DNA of 63,072 bases, filler included, from Salisapilia sapeloensis CBS 127946 (taxonomy: Eukaryota > Protista > Oomycota): assembly GCA_023334545.1 (NCBI GenBank). It is 5 parts of 5 records of this genome, joined end to end, with 100 filler letters (N's around TTAATTAATTAA, not from the genome) between each part and the next. Parts side by side here need not be neighbours in the genome. Positions count along the whole stretch, not along the records: positions 40,273 to 56,361 come from JAADVB010000357.1; 4 more parts are not named here. The stretch is one strand, 5' to 3'. The translations under genes and the position numbers were made by a program. The notes beneath the pieces are model-generated. The model searched no databases. It had not been told where the DNA came from and saw only the letters and a program-made list of their open reading frames with translations. This document shows positions 44,503 to 56,461 of this stretch, piece by piece. Each line of letters begins with the position of its first letter. Position 1 is the stretch's first letter.

Positions 44503-46339
44503 GACGCGTCGTAAGCCTTGCAGCAATTTGTGTCCACTTTTTCAATAAACCCCATCGCTTCCGGAAGATCGAGTAGGATGCTGCACGGAAATATAGTGCA
44601 AAATTGAAGTAATCAATTGGTTCTTTAGATGCGCAGCGATGTTCAGGAGGATGAAATGGAAAGCTCTATGCATTCTTAGACATTGTCTATATATTTGAGT
44701 ACACCGAAAAGGGAAGGAATTGGACCTACGTCCAAAGAGCTGTACGCGAGACGACCAAAGAAAGTGATCTAGAGGCGTGGCGTTTATGAAATGCTGTGAA
44801 CTCGTGCCAGGAATAGACCGTCTAGACAAGCTGTATGCAAAATCTTCCTGGGGAACACGCTTGCTACATGAATGTTGAAAGATCGGCCGCTTTGAATTAC
44901 ACAGCGATGGCAACCCATGAGCTTATCTACTTTCTCCAGATTTCCAACAGAAGCGTTTATGGCGCAAGACATTCATGCTGTCCTGGTATTCCTAACGACC
45001 CTGAAGTGGCGTCGATCTTGCGTGACCGGTGTGATGACTACGGAATGATGCAAGATATTGACTGATACAGAAGAAAGAAGTAGAGTCTTTGATACAACGA
45101 TTCCTGACGATAATTCCGACCTCCATGAACTTATCAGGGCCTTCTATTTCTTCATTCCTCCAACAAATCCGTGTCGATCAATAGCTAATCGTAGTCATGT
45201 CTATATGCACCATAATGATGACTTTCACCAGCTATATCGCTTGCCAAAATCCAAGTTTCCACATGTCATGTTGTTGTTTTCTTGAAGTGCCGTCAATCTG
45301 TGCGACGGTTCGAAATATATAACCTTTTAATACTCATACTTTATCAAAAATAGTATATTAAATTTTGCAAGTAGATTTTAAAATTACTCTTCTTAGTTAA
45401 CCACATCCATTGATAGACCTCCATAAATACATATGTGTGTTAAAATATTGTTGAACTGACAAAAGCAAGATCTATTTATCTGAATATTTGAAATTATAAT
45501 AGCGATCGTGCAGTTGGTTTAGCTCTTTCATCGCGTAGTGTGGATGTCAGATTCTCGCACGTACGATGCCACCACATATAAAGGGAGTGAAACTCGATAC
45601 TGGGAGCATAAAAGCCCTTGGTAAGGGTTAGTCAGAATGCGCAAGAAGCCTCCGCATCAGATGGACATTAGTTCATCTTTTGCATGAGAGCGATCAGATT
45701 TATTCTCGCGTGCTATCGCAACTTTTCTCTGCCAGCAATAGACCTCCGTGTGCTTGTTTTGAATTCAATTCAATCAAAGTGAATGGTCCGTACCGTTTCT
45801 GAATTGGATCCTTCCTTCAACAAGTCCTGGCGCACATGTCCTTGTGTCCTAGTCTTGAGGCTGACGTCTGATGATCTTTAGACACTGTAAAGTACTTGGC
45901 AAAGTATAATCCAAGAAGCGTACGCAACATGTATTAGAAGCTTCGTTTTTCCGTTTGAAAGCTATGTAACTTCTTCCTTCGCACATCCTGGTTCGTAAAG
46001 TTGATCGAGGTGTAGGCGACAGCAACTAGCTGCTGACCAAATGGAAGCAAATGCCACTAAGCTAAACTTATTCTACGGTCCATTCGGCTTCATGAGAATA
46101 TAATGTGTAAAGTAAACAGCAAACTTGATGACCATGCATGTCAGGTCATCGTAGCTTATAATAAAAGGTGAACAGATCAGTTCGATTGACGTTATATCCT
46201 CAGATACGATTCTTGTTATGTATGCTCAGGTGATGATCGAAATGAAAACCAATACATCAACAATTCAGCTGGTATAGCAAGTGTTCAGTACATGGTCCTT
46301 TGTTTTCGCGTCATTATCCATTTTTATCGCTTCGGGAAA

Positions 46340-47875
46340 ATGGCAGATCACTGGAAATCGAATACATATCCGCCTCTCTATTTATCCGACAAGCAGCGAG
46401 ATGACTGTCGACGGATCAGGTCCGAAATGGTACGTGAAACGCTGCAGAATTGGGGTGATATTCAAGGTCCAGAAGCATTTGAGCAGGAAAGATGGAAGCT
46501 CGTGCGTGTAAAACGAGGAATCCATGTCTATCGAGAACGCTCTTCTTTTCGAGAGGAAGGCGTAGACAAGGCACACATACCATTCTGTCCTCGTCTGCTT
46601 ATGGGAGTTGGGTACATCCAAGGATCTCTTGACGACGTGCTGTACGGCACTTCGATTCCCGATGACGCAGCTATGATGCAGCTGGGTGGCTACTCCCAAC
46701 TGAACATTGCCGACGCACAGAGACTGGCTTCTATTGAAGGCCCGACACCGGACCAGCCATACCATACACTAAAGATTCAGTGGCACATTTCCACGGTTGG
46801 ACCAGCATTATCGACTGTCGTCAAAGGCCGTGACATGGTATACATTAAAGCGACGGGTATGCTCTCTCAACCGAATGGCGAACGAATTGGCTACAATCTG
46901 TACCACAGCATCGATCTCCCCTCCGTTCCTCTGCTCAATAAACGAGACATCCGACGAACAAGGTTGTCTGCATGCAGCTTATTCAAGCAGACATCCCCTG
47001 GGGTCGTTAGCGTCTTCGTGAAGGGCTATGTGGAAGCCTTTGGACGAGTGTTGGACAAGATCGCTTTATCCGTTGCCGCCGAGGGCTTGACCACGTGCTC
47101 GAATTCAGTCGAGTGCTCGAGTGATAAAAAATTGTCTTGGCTATTGCAATACCGGTATGCTGTCCAGTCAGATGATGAAGCACCGACGTTATCGAGACAT
47201 GCACAAAAAAGTATCTGCAGTGCATGCTATAAGCGTTTCAGCGCCATTCGCAAGCGTAGAGTTTGTGTACTCTGCTCATCTTTCCTTTGTCGATCGTGCA
47301 GTATCGAGCGATTGAAAGTCGATATCGTTCCGTTCTTACGAGCAAAGAAGACGAAAATCCATCTATGTCGTCGGTGCAATCACACAGTCGGTCAGGAGAG
47401 TGCATATAAGCTGGCCAGACAGGAAGTTTTGGCCGGACGCTTTGAGAATTCAAATCTCGGGACAACGCAAGTCAATACCGACAGGATGCTCGCGAGTGCG
47501 AACCATCCTTTGATGACAGACCAGAGTTTCTGCGATGGAAACATTCCTGAATTGCATTCGTTCTCATTTGCGAGTACTTCAACACCAATGGGAAGCTTTA
47601 TAAACTTGGCAACTCCCGTCAGTCGACCGAGTTCGTCATATGACTACCCAGATGATATGAGGTCGTTCTCCAGTTCCAACAGCTTTGATTCCCTGGGCGA
47701 ACAAGATTGGGATGAGATTGTATTGGAGTTACAGCAGCTTTCAGGAGATGCTCGTACCTTGACTATAGATGAGCGATATCGGCAGTCAGCCTGGCTAAAG
47801 ATGACGGAACAGAGACTTGCTGGTGGATACACACTGAGCAGCACTGGAGATGACGAAAGCACTATTTTTAAATAA
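46340..47875 (+). CDS. START-like lipid-binding + FYVE-like zinc finger protein (expanded oomycete family)
   Basis: RWKLVRVKRGIHVYRE, GSLDDVLYG, GRDMVYI, ERIGYNLYHSIDLP; CSACYKRFSAIRKRRVCVLCSSFLCRSC...LCRRC. Confidence 0.88.
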   Translation: MADHWKSNTYPPLYLSDKQRDDCRRIRSEMVRETLQNWGDIQGPEAFEQERWKLVRVKRGIHVYRERSSFREEGVDKAHIPFCPRLLMGVGYIQGSLDDVLYGTSIPDDAAMMQLGGYSQLNIADAQRLASIEGPTPDQPYHTLKIQWHISTVGPALSTVVKGRDMVYIKATGMLSQPNGERIGYNLYHSIDLPSVPLLNKRDIRRTRLSACSLFKQTSPGVVSVFVKGYVEAFGRVLDKIALSVAAEGLTTCSNSVECSSDKKLSWLLQYRYAVQSDDEAPTLSRHAQKSICSACYKRFSAIRKRRVCVLCSSFLCRSCSIERLKVDIVPFLRAKKTKIHLCRRCNHTVGQESAYKLARQEVLAGRFENSNLGTTQVNTDRMLASANHPLMTDQSFCDGNIPELHSFSFASTSTPMGSFINLATPVSRPSSSYDYPDDMRSFSSSNSFDSLGEQDWDEIVLELQQLSGDARTLTIDERYRQSAWLKMTEQRLAGGYTLSSTGDDESTIFK

Positions 47876-48002
47876 AAACACATCGGTGGGTTTTAGCGTA
47901 TTGAAGCATAGTCTATAACTTTTGCTTCGATGAGTGTTTACATGGCGAGGCGAGGACCAAACGAGCGCAGATCTGTGCCAAGGTCACAGAGGATAAAAGA
48001 AA

Positions 48003-48105
48003 TCCGAGTGACCGGAATCGAACCGGTGACCAATTGATTTCCAAGCATACTCGAAAGAGTATTAACCACTACAGTCAATCGCTCTACCAACTGAGCTACA
48101 CTCGG
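48003..48105 (-). tRNA. tRNA-Tyr (GTA) with a 30-nt intron at the canonical 37/38 position
   Basis: Minus strand CCGAGTGTAGCTCAGTTGGTAGAGCGATTGACT-GTA-G[tggttaatactctttcgagtatgcttggaa]ATCAATTGGTCACCGGTTCGATTCCGGTCACTCGGA; acceptor, D and T stems all pair. Confidence 0.95.
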
Positions 48106-49149
48106 CCTTATCAATGAAGCGATAAATTGCAGTTCGTTTACTTCTTATCATCTAAATTGTATCTTGCATTTGGAGTTGCTATCAACGTTTGAAGCAAGCG
48201 GCAATTATCTCATGCTCGTCCAATAAAGCTTATAATAAAAAATCCCGACCGATGCATACTATTGTTATGGAGTCACTATCAACGTGTAATCGAACAGCTA
48301 CTCATGCTGACAAGCTAGTATTGCTACTTTAAAGTACAGAATTGGATCAGGCGTTAGTCTCTTTTGGTTGCACAGCCAACATCTTATCCTTAATGGTTCG
48401 AATCGTACGGATCAAATTGAGTCATGCAAACTGCTCTACGGAAGTTGTTTATATACACCGAGAAATGCAGTGCTTCGATTCAAGATGACATGTGCCATGC
48501 AGCTACTAATTAGGGTAGCTTGATACCGACCAAGACACAGCAAGTATTAAAGATCATGAGATGTGGTGGATCAAGTTCATCGACATTCTAGTGGACAGTC
48601 GTCGTGGGTAATTAACTTTGCTATATGGTCGCAAACGGATCCAAACTGAAAGAGCTGGGCATACTTCTTACTGAGTAACAGTTCGAATAGGAGCCCGCAA
48701 AGTTATCCATTCACGTTCGTACTCTAGTTACAAGAAACTTTAGAGATATTGGCATTTCCTCGCAAGTTGGTAGCTACTTTGTTTGATACAGAAAAGAAAG
48801 CATGCTTAGGATAAGCTTAGTAGCGACCCACTATGTGATCTACATGACGTGAAAGTCTTTTTAAGCTGCCTGTCATATCGCCACAAGTATCAACTCCACT
48901 TTTTATTCATTAAGACATATCTTTAAATACGCGACGGAGTCGCTCTAAGATTCCACACTCATGGAAGTCTTAATAATCCATAAGTATTGCGAAAACTCAT
49001 GAAGGAATGCATATAAAAAGAGGTTAGTGAAGGTCATGTGGTTTATATTTTTGAGAATAATCCGCTGTCGCAATCAAGATCAAGAGCATGATTTCGTAAT
49101 ACAGTTTCATTAATCCCATCAGCTTCAATGTGCCAACAGAATCTTGGTG

Positions 49150-49175
49150 GCGTCTTACATTCCACAACTTGCATC
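49150..49175 (+). promoter_or_regulatory. Candidate oomycete INR+FPR core promoter for the aldo-keto reductase
   Basis: TTACATTCCACAACTTGC about 40-55 nt upstream of the ATG resembles the TCAYTY...AWTTTGC initiator/flanking element. Confidence 0.45.
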
Positions 49176-49208
49176 AAACTACCAAAGACTTCCAACAACT
49201 CAAGGAAC

Positions 49209-50273
49209 ATGGCCAACACGACTGGTAACCACGGTATGAAGTATCGATTCCTCGGAGATACTGGACTTCTCGTCTCTTGCCTCTCGTTCGGTAGCTGGAT
49301 GCCAGTCGATCACATGATGGACTTTGATACTGCATACGAGGTCTTCAAAACGGCGTACGGTCACGGTGTTAACTTCTTTGACAATGCCGAGAGCTACGGT
49401 CAAGGCAAGTCAGAGGTATTGATGGGTCAGCTCATCCAAAAGGGTATCGAAGATGGAATGTGGGAACGTGAAGACCTGGTCATCAGCACCAAGCTCATGC
49501 TGGGTACCGGTAAGACCGGACCTAATAGTCAGGGACTTAGCCGCAAGCACGTCTATGAAGGCATGAAGGGATCCCTGAAGCGTTTCGGATTGGACTATGT
49601 CGACCTCGTCTTCTGCCACCGTCCAGATCCGTACACACCGATGGAGGAGATTGTGCGAGGCATGAACTACTTGATCGACCACGGCTATGCGTTCTACTGG
49701 GGCACAAGCGAGTGGCATGTGACGGACATCCTCGAGGCGTGTGAGATCGCTGACAGTCTCGGTCTGTGCCGTCCGCTCTTTGACCAGACGCAGTACAACA
49801 TGCTCGAGCGCTCTCGTGTCGAGTACGAGTATGCTCCGCTGTACGCCAAGTACAAGTACGGCCTGACGGCCTGGTCACCACTAGCGGGAGGTGTTCTCAC
49901 GGGTAAGTACAAGGATGGCATCCCAGAAGGATCCCGCAAGACTGGTTTGTTCGGAGCGTACATGCCTAACTTGAAAGAGAACGCCGCCAAGACGCAAAAG
50001 CTCGAGCCCATTGCAAGCGAAGTTGGCTGTTCCCTGGCGCAGCTCGCTCTAGCGTGGTGCATCACGAATGACAAGGTTTCCACGACGATCCTCGGTGCTA
50101 GGTCAGTGCAGCAGGTTGAAGAGAACTTGAAGGCGGTGGAATTTACCGACAAAATCACGCCAGATATCAAGTCTAGGATCGATGAGATCCTAGATCATCA
50201 TCCCAAGACGCTTCCTCGCTACAACTATAACTTTCCGCCCTTGGCGATTCGAAACAAGTATGCTATCAACTAG
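49209..50273 (+). CDS. Aldo-keto reductase, voltage-gated K+ channel beta-subunit family
   Basis: MKYRFLGDTGLLVS, FFDNAESYG, GLSRKHVYEG, YVDLVFCHRPD, YWGTSEW, SPLAGGVLTGKY. Confidence 0.93.
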   Translation: MANTTGNHGMKYRFLGDTGLLVSCLSFGSWMPVDHMMDFDTAYEVFKTAYGHGVNFFDNAESYGQGKSEVLMGQLIQKGIEDGMWEREDLVISTKLMLGTGKTGPNSQGLSRKHVYEGMKGSLKRFGLDYVDLVFCHRPDPYTPMEEIVRGMNYLIDHGYAFYWGTSEWHVTDILEACEIADSLGLCRPLFDQTQYNMLERSRVEYEYAPLYAKYKYGLTAWSPLAGGVLTGKYKDGIPEGSRKTGLFGAYMPNLKENAAKTQKLEPIASEVGCSLAQLALAWCITNDKVSTTILGARSVQQVEENLKAVEFTDKITPDIKSRIDEILDHHPKTLPRYNYNFPPLAIRNKYAIN

Positions 50274-50389
50274 GTGGATGCAATGAGACAAAGAGAAAGA
50301 AGGCGGGAGCTTTTGAAGCGGATAAACACGTTGTTTGTCATTTTTATCGCTATCTTTTACTTGTCGTTAATATGTCATTCGCAGATATT

Positions 50390-51040
50390 ATTAAATATAT
50401 GAATGAGTAGTTGCGAATGTTGTGTTCGTTGAGCGGATATCCAGGTATTGTGCAAGGCATTGAAGGCATTATGATAACAAAGATGCAAAAAGTGTAGTAA
50501 CAATCAGTGTCTATTTTTTTGGCGAGTCGTCCTACTCGTACATCACTGCTCACGTACATCCTCCGTTCCCCTGCTATGGTTGGGAGGGGCATAATGTCGA
50601 GAGTATCATGATGTATTGCCGAAAGTCCTTCAGGTTGAAGTTGCATTCGCTTTACTTGCGCTATTGAACTCTTCGCCATTTCAGTGGGACGGAGTATAGT
50701 GATGGACGAAATAATTAGTCGATATTTGTGACTCTCACTGTACATCGTCCCACTAAAATGGCGAAGAGTTCAATAGCACAAGTAAAGCGAAGAGCTCACC
50801 GAGTCGTTCGCGCACTTCTTCAAAAATGCACATGTTGAGCACCAGGCGTGCCTTAAAGTCTTCTCGATGATCCTTTCCTCCTGATTGCATCATAGATGAG
50901 TTATCAATTGCTCTTGCACTCCCAGTTGATGTGAAAGTTATATTGAAGTGTTACGCTAGATTTCCATACCATCTAGCTAGTCCGAATCGGTAATTCTCAG
51001 TGAACACAGAGCTGTCCGATTCGATTATCAAGAAGAAAAT
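50390..51040 (-). repeat. Dispersed repeat family, copy 4, containing a 46-bp-arm inverted repeat (50646-50691 / 50746-50791)
   Basis: Homologous to copy 3; arms TTCGCTTTACTTGCGCTATTGAACTCTTCGCCATTTCAGTGGGACG and its near-perfect reverse complement (44/46). Confidence 0.88.
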
Positions 51041-51958
51041 TACAAAAATTGAATCTCGATTTTGCAGAATCGGTATTCAGCGCGAACACGGCCCAAATAT
51101 CCTCCCCGGCTTTATGTCTGCGTTAAGCACTCGTTCCGTACAGTCATCGTCTGGAGTGCTGTTAAATATTTTAAAGGCATCGACATGTGAGTATCGCGTA
51201 GCCAATTCAAGTTTGCAGCATGAAAGTTTACTCCAATACTATCTCTAGTGTCTAATGATATGAAACCTTGGAAAGGTTATCGATGCTTTGATACAACTAA
51301 CGAAATGGTAGCTGCGTTTGGCAGTTTAATGTTCATGCTGGCAGGAAGATTTCATTCATGCCGTGCATTAATATATTTTCATCGTTACGATTATTAAGAC
51401 TCGTACTTGAAAACCCTCCTGTTAATAATGCTGAAACCTAAATCGATTCTGGACCCAGGTATCTTCTTTCGACCAAGGTTAAAGACTGGAGGGATAGGAA
51501 GATAGTCGAGGAGTGAACTAAGCCATTGCCTTTTAAAGACTCTGTCCCTTGGAATGGGCTAAACACGCCTATAACCTCATGTGAACTCCAATTTTGTGTC
51601 TTGTTAGCTGCCTTTTACATTAATATATTGCATTCATATCTATATAACAAATTCTTGTTAAGTAGAGAAGACACGTCGGGTTGGCATATGCGTTCACGCT
51701 AGTACATCCCTACAAGCACCAACTCGTAGACGAAGTCATCGATCTACTTTTACAGGAAAATCAGTTTATATTTCGTATATAATTCATTAAAATAGACTAA
51801 TTCTCAACCCAGCGAACATCACGAGTCTATGTTCCCCATTTATGTTATTATTCGTGGCTATTTACTACATTTAATTCAACAAGAATGTTATAAATGCTAA
51901 CTTTCAAACATATGTGTACCATGCATTGCGCAAAGTTTGACACGCCACTCGTCCCACC

Positions 51959-53497
51959 ATGATGCGAAGAGCTCTCAGTCGATCACTGTCGTCGGCAGCA
52001 AGGTCCTTGACCACCAAAGCCATCGCACACCAAGCAGCCGGTATTGTATCCCAGGCACTTCATCCCAACAAGTTTCCAGTCCAAGTTTCCACAAGCCTCG
52101 TCCAGTCCATCCGATCGCTTACCACCAGTAGCAATGACGATCCAGACGTACGTCCTACCCACCCTCTCGTTCAAACCTTTTCTAATACCAAATAGGGAAT
52201 CAAAGCTCTAGCTTTTGCCAAGGATCTCATCGAGAAAAACGATTCGGAGAAAGCTATCGCAGCACTGTCCAAAGCTGCGATTCGAGACAACGGCGAGGCG
52301 CAGTACCTCCTCGGCACCCTCCTACTCCATGACAAAGACGCTGACGTACTAGACGACACGGCTTCTCTCTTAGCCGATGAGCTAGGCGACGCCGAAGCGA
52401 GTCGGCAGCACGCTCGACAAGAAGACGGTCCTCAGAACGTCCGAGCTATCCGCAAGAGCGCTCGGAGGGCCTACAAAGAGTACTTGAAAGCAACCACCAA
52501 GTCCTCTACATCCAGTAGCAAAGCCTCTACCGTCCACCACGCCACCAAGACCGACTTGGACCGAGCGTTCGGTCTGACGAAAAAGGAGCTGCTGCAGCCA
52601 TCCACGTCCCTTCCTCCGCTCACACACGCCAACGAAGGCGACGTGGACACTACCAAGGCCATCGAATGGCTGCGTCGAGCGGCTGGCAACGGACAGGTGG
52701 AAGCTCACATCCAACTCGGCAACGTCTGCCTCGAGGAAGAGCCTCCGATGGCTGCTGCTGCTAGTGAGTGGTACATCCGCGCTGTCCAGGGGAACGAGAA
52801 CCCACACCCCGACGCGCTCTACAACCTCGGCACGATGGTCTACAACGGCGTCGAGGACGCTGAGCCTCCGCTCGAACCAGACAGAGCCGCCGCTATCCCG
52901 TACTTTGTTCGTGCCGCAGAGGTAGGCGACTTGTCGGCTCAGTTCTTCATGGGTCACGTCCTGCACCACGGCGACGAGGACCTTGGGATCGAAGCCGACC
53001 TGAACAGCGCTCTCATCCTCCTCGAGTCTGCTGCCGACAAGGGACACGGAGGAGCGAGGTACTATCTAGCACAGCTCTATCGCTCTGGCGACGAACAGCA
53101 CTCGTTCGCAGCGGATCGAAACAAGTTCCTAGAGTACTTAGACGCAGCTCTACAGGCTGAGGAAGGCGATGCGTACTTTTGCATGGCAGACATGTACTTC
53201 CATGGAACAGATGGCTTTGCTCGTGACTTAGAGCAAGCGCATCAGTTCTATCTTGCAGCAGCACAACATGGACATGCTGATGCCATGTGCTGTCTCGGGA
53301 GTATGCATTATAACGGCGTCGGAGTGGAACAGAATTATCGAAAGGCATTCGATTTTTATCAAGAAGCAGCCGACCGGGATTCGTTGGAAGCATGGAAGAA
53401 TCTAGCAGAGATGTATTCGTTCGGTCGAGGCGTACCGGCGAGTCAAGAGACCGCGGATGCCATTCTGAAGATGCTACAAAAGGTCGAACAGGAATAA
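51959..53497 (+). CDS. Sel1-like repeat (SLR) protein with a probable mitochondrial presequence; intron near 52180
   Basis: MMRRALSRSLSSAARSL; repeated AIEWLRRAAGNGQVEA, ALYNLG, AMCCLGSMHYNGVGVEQNYRKA. Confidence 0.88.
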
Positions 53498-53515
53498 AGT
53501 TTTTTGTCAAAGAAT

Positions 53516-54648
53516 TTAGTTTAGACGAGAGGTATCTGCGACGACGGCGACAGTGGACATGGGGAACTGTCGGTCGATACGAGCAGAGTAGCGTAGAGAC
53601 GTCTTCTCTTCCTCCTTGGGTGTCTCCATGACTTGTGTCTCGTCCTCTTCCTTCGCTGTTACGTCCTCGCGTACTAGACAGACGTCAGATGGACTCGAGG
53701 ATCTTTTCGATGTAAATACTACAGTAGGGGTCGGTGGCAGCAGAAGAGTTATCAGGTAGACGGAGGAAACCGACGGATGCACCAGGCGTGTCACGACATG
53801 ACTGCGGCAGTCGGTGGAGATAGCCGTGTCCCACCTCTGCCCCCAGCAGTCCGTCTCCATCGCTCCACTTATCATGTGGACAGATCTCGACGATCCGGAC
53901 CTGATCCGTACGAGTGCTAGGACAGCATGTTACTATAATTGTCCAGGAGGACGCTTAGAGGACGTACTTGTAGACATAGCACTGAAAGGACGCATCGACA
54001 GCGTCCAGAATCTCGTCCTGTAGATCCTCTGGATCACGGAAGAGCTGATCGGGTGTACCTAGGAGATAGTCATGCTCAACCTCGAGACCTGCTTCATACG
54101 CAGGAGACTTGTCCATGACATTCTACGTGGTAAAGAGGTTAGGAAGAGCCTAAAGATATATAGAAAGTAGACGCACGAGGACATGCAGGAGCTGGTCTTC
54201 TGCTCCTTCGTACGAATCGAAGCGGATGGTGACGCCCAAGAGACCTGTACCAGCCCACTCTCGAGTCGGAAGCAGCTCCACGTCTGTATAGCTAGTGAGA
54301 CCTCTTTCTCTCATGCGATGGAGATGATACACTACCTCGCTCCGTCTGTGTCTTTAGATTATACACTTTTAAATGCATCGTCTGGCCTTCACTCTGAGCA
54401 ATTAGCTCCATGAACGTCGAATCCCTCGTATCCTACACCCTCTACTAAGCTTGGGAGATATACAAGTCCATTGCGATCCAACGTACGAGTCGAATGCCAT
54501 TCGCCTCCATGATGAAATCCAAAAACGACACGAATCCCGCTGCTGCTGCTGGTGACTTTTCCTGGATACCTAGAACACGGAACCCACAGCATGCTCGAGC
54601 AACTTCCTCGGCATCAAAGTCCTCTTCGGCACTCTCGGCAGCTCCCAT
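53516..54648 (-). CDS. Golgi reassembly stacking protein GRASP55/65, multi-exon
   Basis: MG (myristoylation-type start), GFRVLGIQEKSPAAAAGFVSFLDFI, WAGTGLLGVTIRF, GLLGAEVGHGYLHRLP. Confidence 0.88.
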
Positions 54649-54676
54649 TCGCGTATCGCTTTGCTGGTCGATAGTT

Positions 54677-54885
54677 CCGTTCTAGCTGTACATAGTGGGA
54701 CAAACACAAAAAATGCGTTTATTTCAAGATATGCTTGTCAACGCCGTTCTAGATGTGCATAATGGGACAAGAGTAAAGAAGCGTATTATTTCAGTATCGG
54801 TTTGTCAATGCCGTTCTAGATGTACATAATGGGACAAAAACAAATGAGCATATTATTTCAGTATTTGCTTGTCAAATGCCGATTC
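54677..54885. repeat. 67-68-bp tandem repeat, 3 copies plus a fragment, immediately upstream of the GRASP start codon
   Basis: CCGTTCTAG(A/C)TGT(A/G)CATA(A/G)TGGGACAA at 54677, 54744 and 54811; partial unit at 54879. Confidence 0.88.
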
Positions 54886-55311
54886 GGAGCAGCTGGTAAT
54901 GCTGAACGCTATCGTGCGTCAGCTATCCTCCCTAGAGTCGACCTGCTCGATAGATCAAGCTCTTGCGTTACGTTTTTCAAAGACATCTGATAGAAATAAA
55001 CATCTTTTTGGAATGCTGAGTCTTATCCTCCCTTCGTACAATTGTGGAAAGCAAGCATCTTGTCGTGCCCACCGAAAGCGCGTTACGACCGTCGTAAAAG
55101 CACACGTCAGACTTGCTAAAGACTGCCAATGGGTTCAAGTAGACGAATGAGAAAATTTATATGTAGTTACGCGACCCAAGTGATGGTAACTAAGGTTGCC
55201 CATATACAGATGGCACTGCATTGATGATTGGCATTGCTTGCTCATCTTGTCATTTCATCATTTGAACGCCAACGAGTAGCCCGGCAGACATCCAACTCAT
55301 ACCATAGCAAG

Positions 55312-56361
55312 ATGCCGCCTCGTGCAACGAATTCGAGGCGGGCTACTAACTATAATGTAACGGATTCACCGGCGGTGCTTGGAGGACCCAAGTCGTCCGT
55401 CAAAACCTCGAACCAGAGACCTGCTCAGGCTAGTTCACGCAAGATTCGCATTCTAGTGCCGGTAGCTCAGTTGCTAGTGATGGCGTGCATCTTCTTGTAT
55501 ACGTGGGCTTTCATCACATACATGGCTCCGATGCGTCAGCAGATTCGAAAGCAAATGAGCTCCTTGTGGGGTCACGCGGACATCGAGATGGATGAACGGA
55601 ACTGGAAGCTGACCATGATGACGGAACTAGAGTTCGGCACACCTAAATTTGCTATGCTCTTCTGGGCACTACCGATGCTCCTGACGGTTGTGCTCGTGGA
55701 ACTGCTTGACGATCCAAGTTACAGCCAGTATGCCAAGAACAGGATGCTCGTCCTCCGAAGCGTGATGCATCGCAAGCCTCATCTCTGCGGCCGCACGAGC
55801 TGGTGGAGTATCGGAGAGTGGATGTTTCTCATCACCTGCATCGGTGGCAACCTCCTCTTTTTCTACTTTGCGTGGATGCAAAGGGTGGAGGTGCTAAATG
55901 TGACTGGATACCCACTGAACAGTCTTCGCAAGATGAAGGCCATTGCACATGCTGTCGGTCTTAACTGTGTCTTTTGCATGGGATTCCTCTTCCTCCCAGC
56001 CACACGGAATGGATCCTGGATGTCCTTCTTGGGCATCTCGTATGCGAACGGTATCAAGTACCATCGGTGGCTGGGCGTCGGAGTCGTCCTCACGGCCTTC
56101 CTCCACACGCTCTTCTACTACATCCCGTTCATCATACAAGGCACTTGGAAGAAACAATGTCTTCCGTGCTTTAACTGTCCACTGGAAGACTACACCGGAC
56201 TCTACGCATGGACCAACATGTTTGGCCAGACCGCGCTCGTGCTCTTCTTGATCATTGGTGCGACTTCCATTCCGTACGTCCGTCGCAAATTCTACACCGT
56301 CTTCTACAACGCCCATCAGCTCTTCATCCCGGCCATCTTCTTCCTCGAACTGCACTGGGCA
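55312..56361 (+). CDS. Ferric reductase-like transmembrane protein (FRE/NOX family), truncated by the gap
   Basis: FLFLPATRNGSWMSFLGISYANGIKYHRWLG, FLHTLFY, SIPYVRRKFYTVFYNAHQLF, LELHW. Confidence 0.9.
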
Positions 56362-56461
56362 NNNNNNNNNNNNNNNNNNNNNNNNNNNNNNNNNNNNNNN
56401 NNNNNTTAATTAATTAANNNNNNNNNNNNNNNNNNNNNNNNNNNNNNNNNNNNNNNNNNNN
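56362..56461. other. Artificial contig linker
   Basis: Same N/TTAATTAATTAA/N block. Confidence 0.97.

Noticed and set aside
44540-45290. ORF cluster downstream of the elicitin-like gene
   Set aside because: Short overlapping ORFs without motifs; possibly a decayed element, but unsupported
54677-54885. CRISPR-like appearance (27-nt conserved core plus about 40-nt spacers)
   Set aside because: The spacers are homologous to each other, no cas genes are present and the host is eukaryotic; this is a tandem repeat
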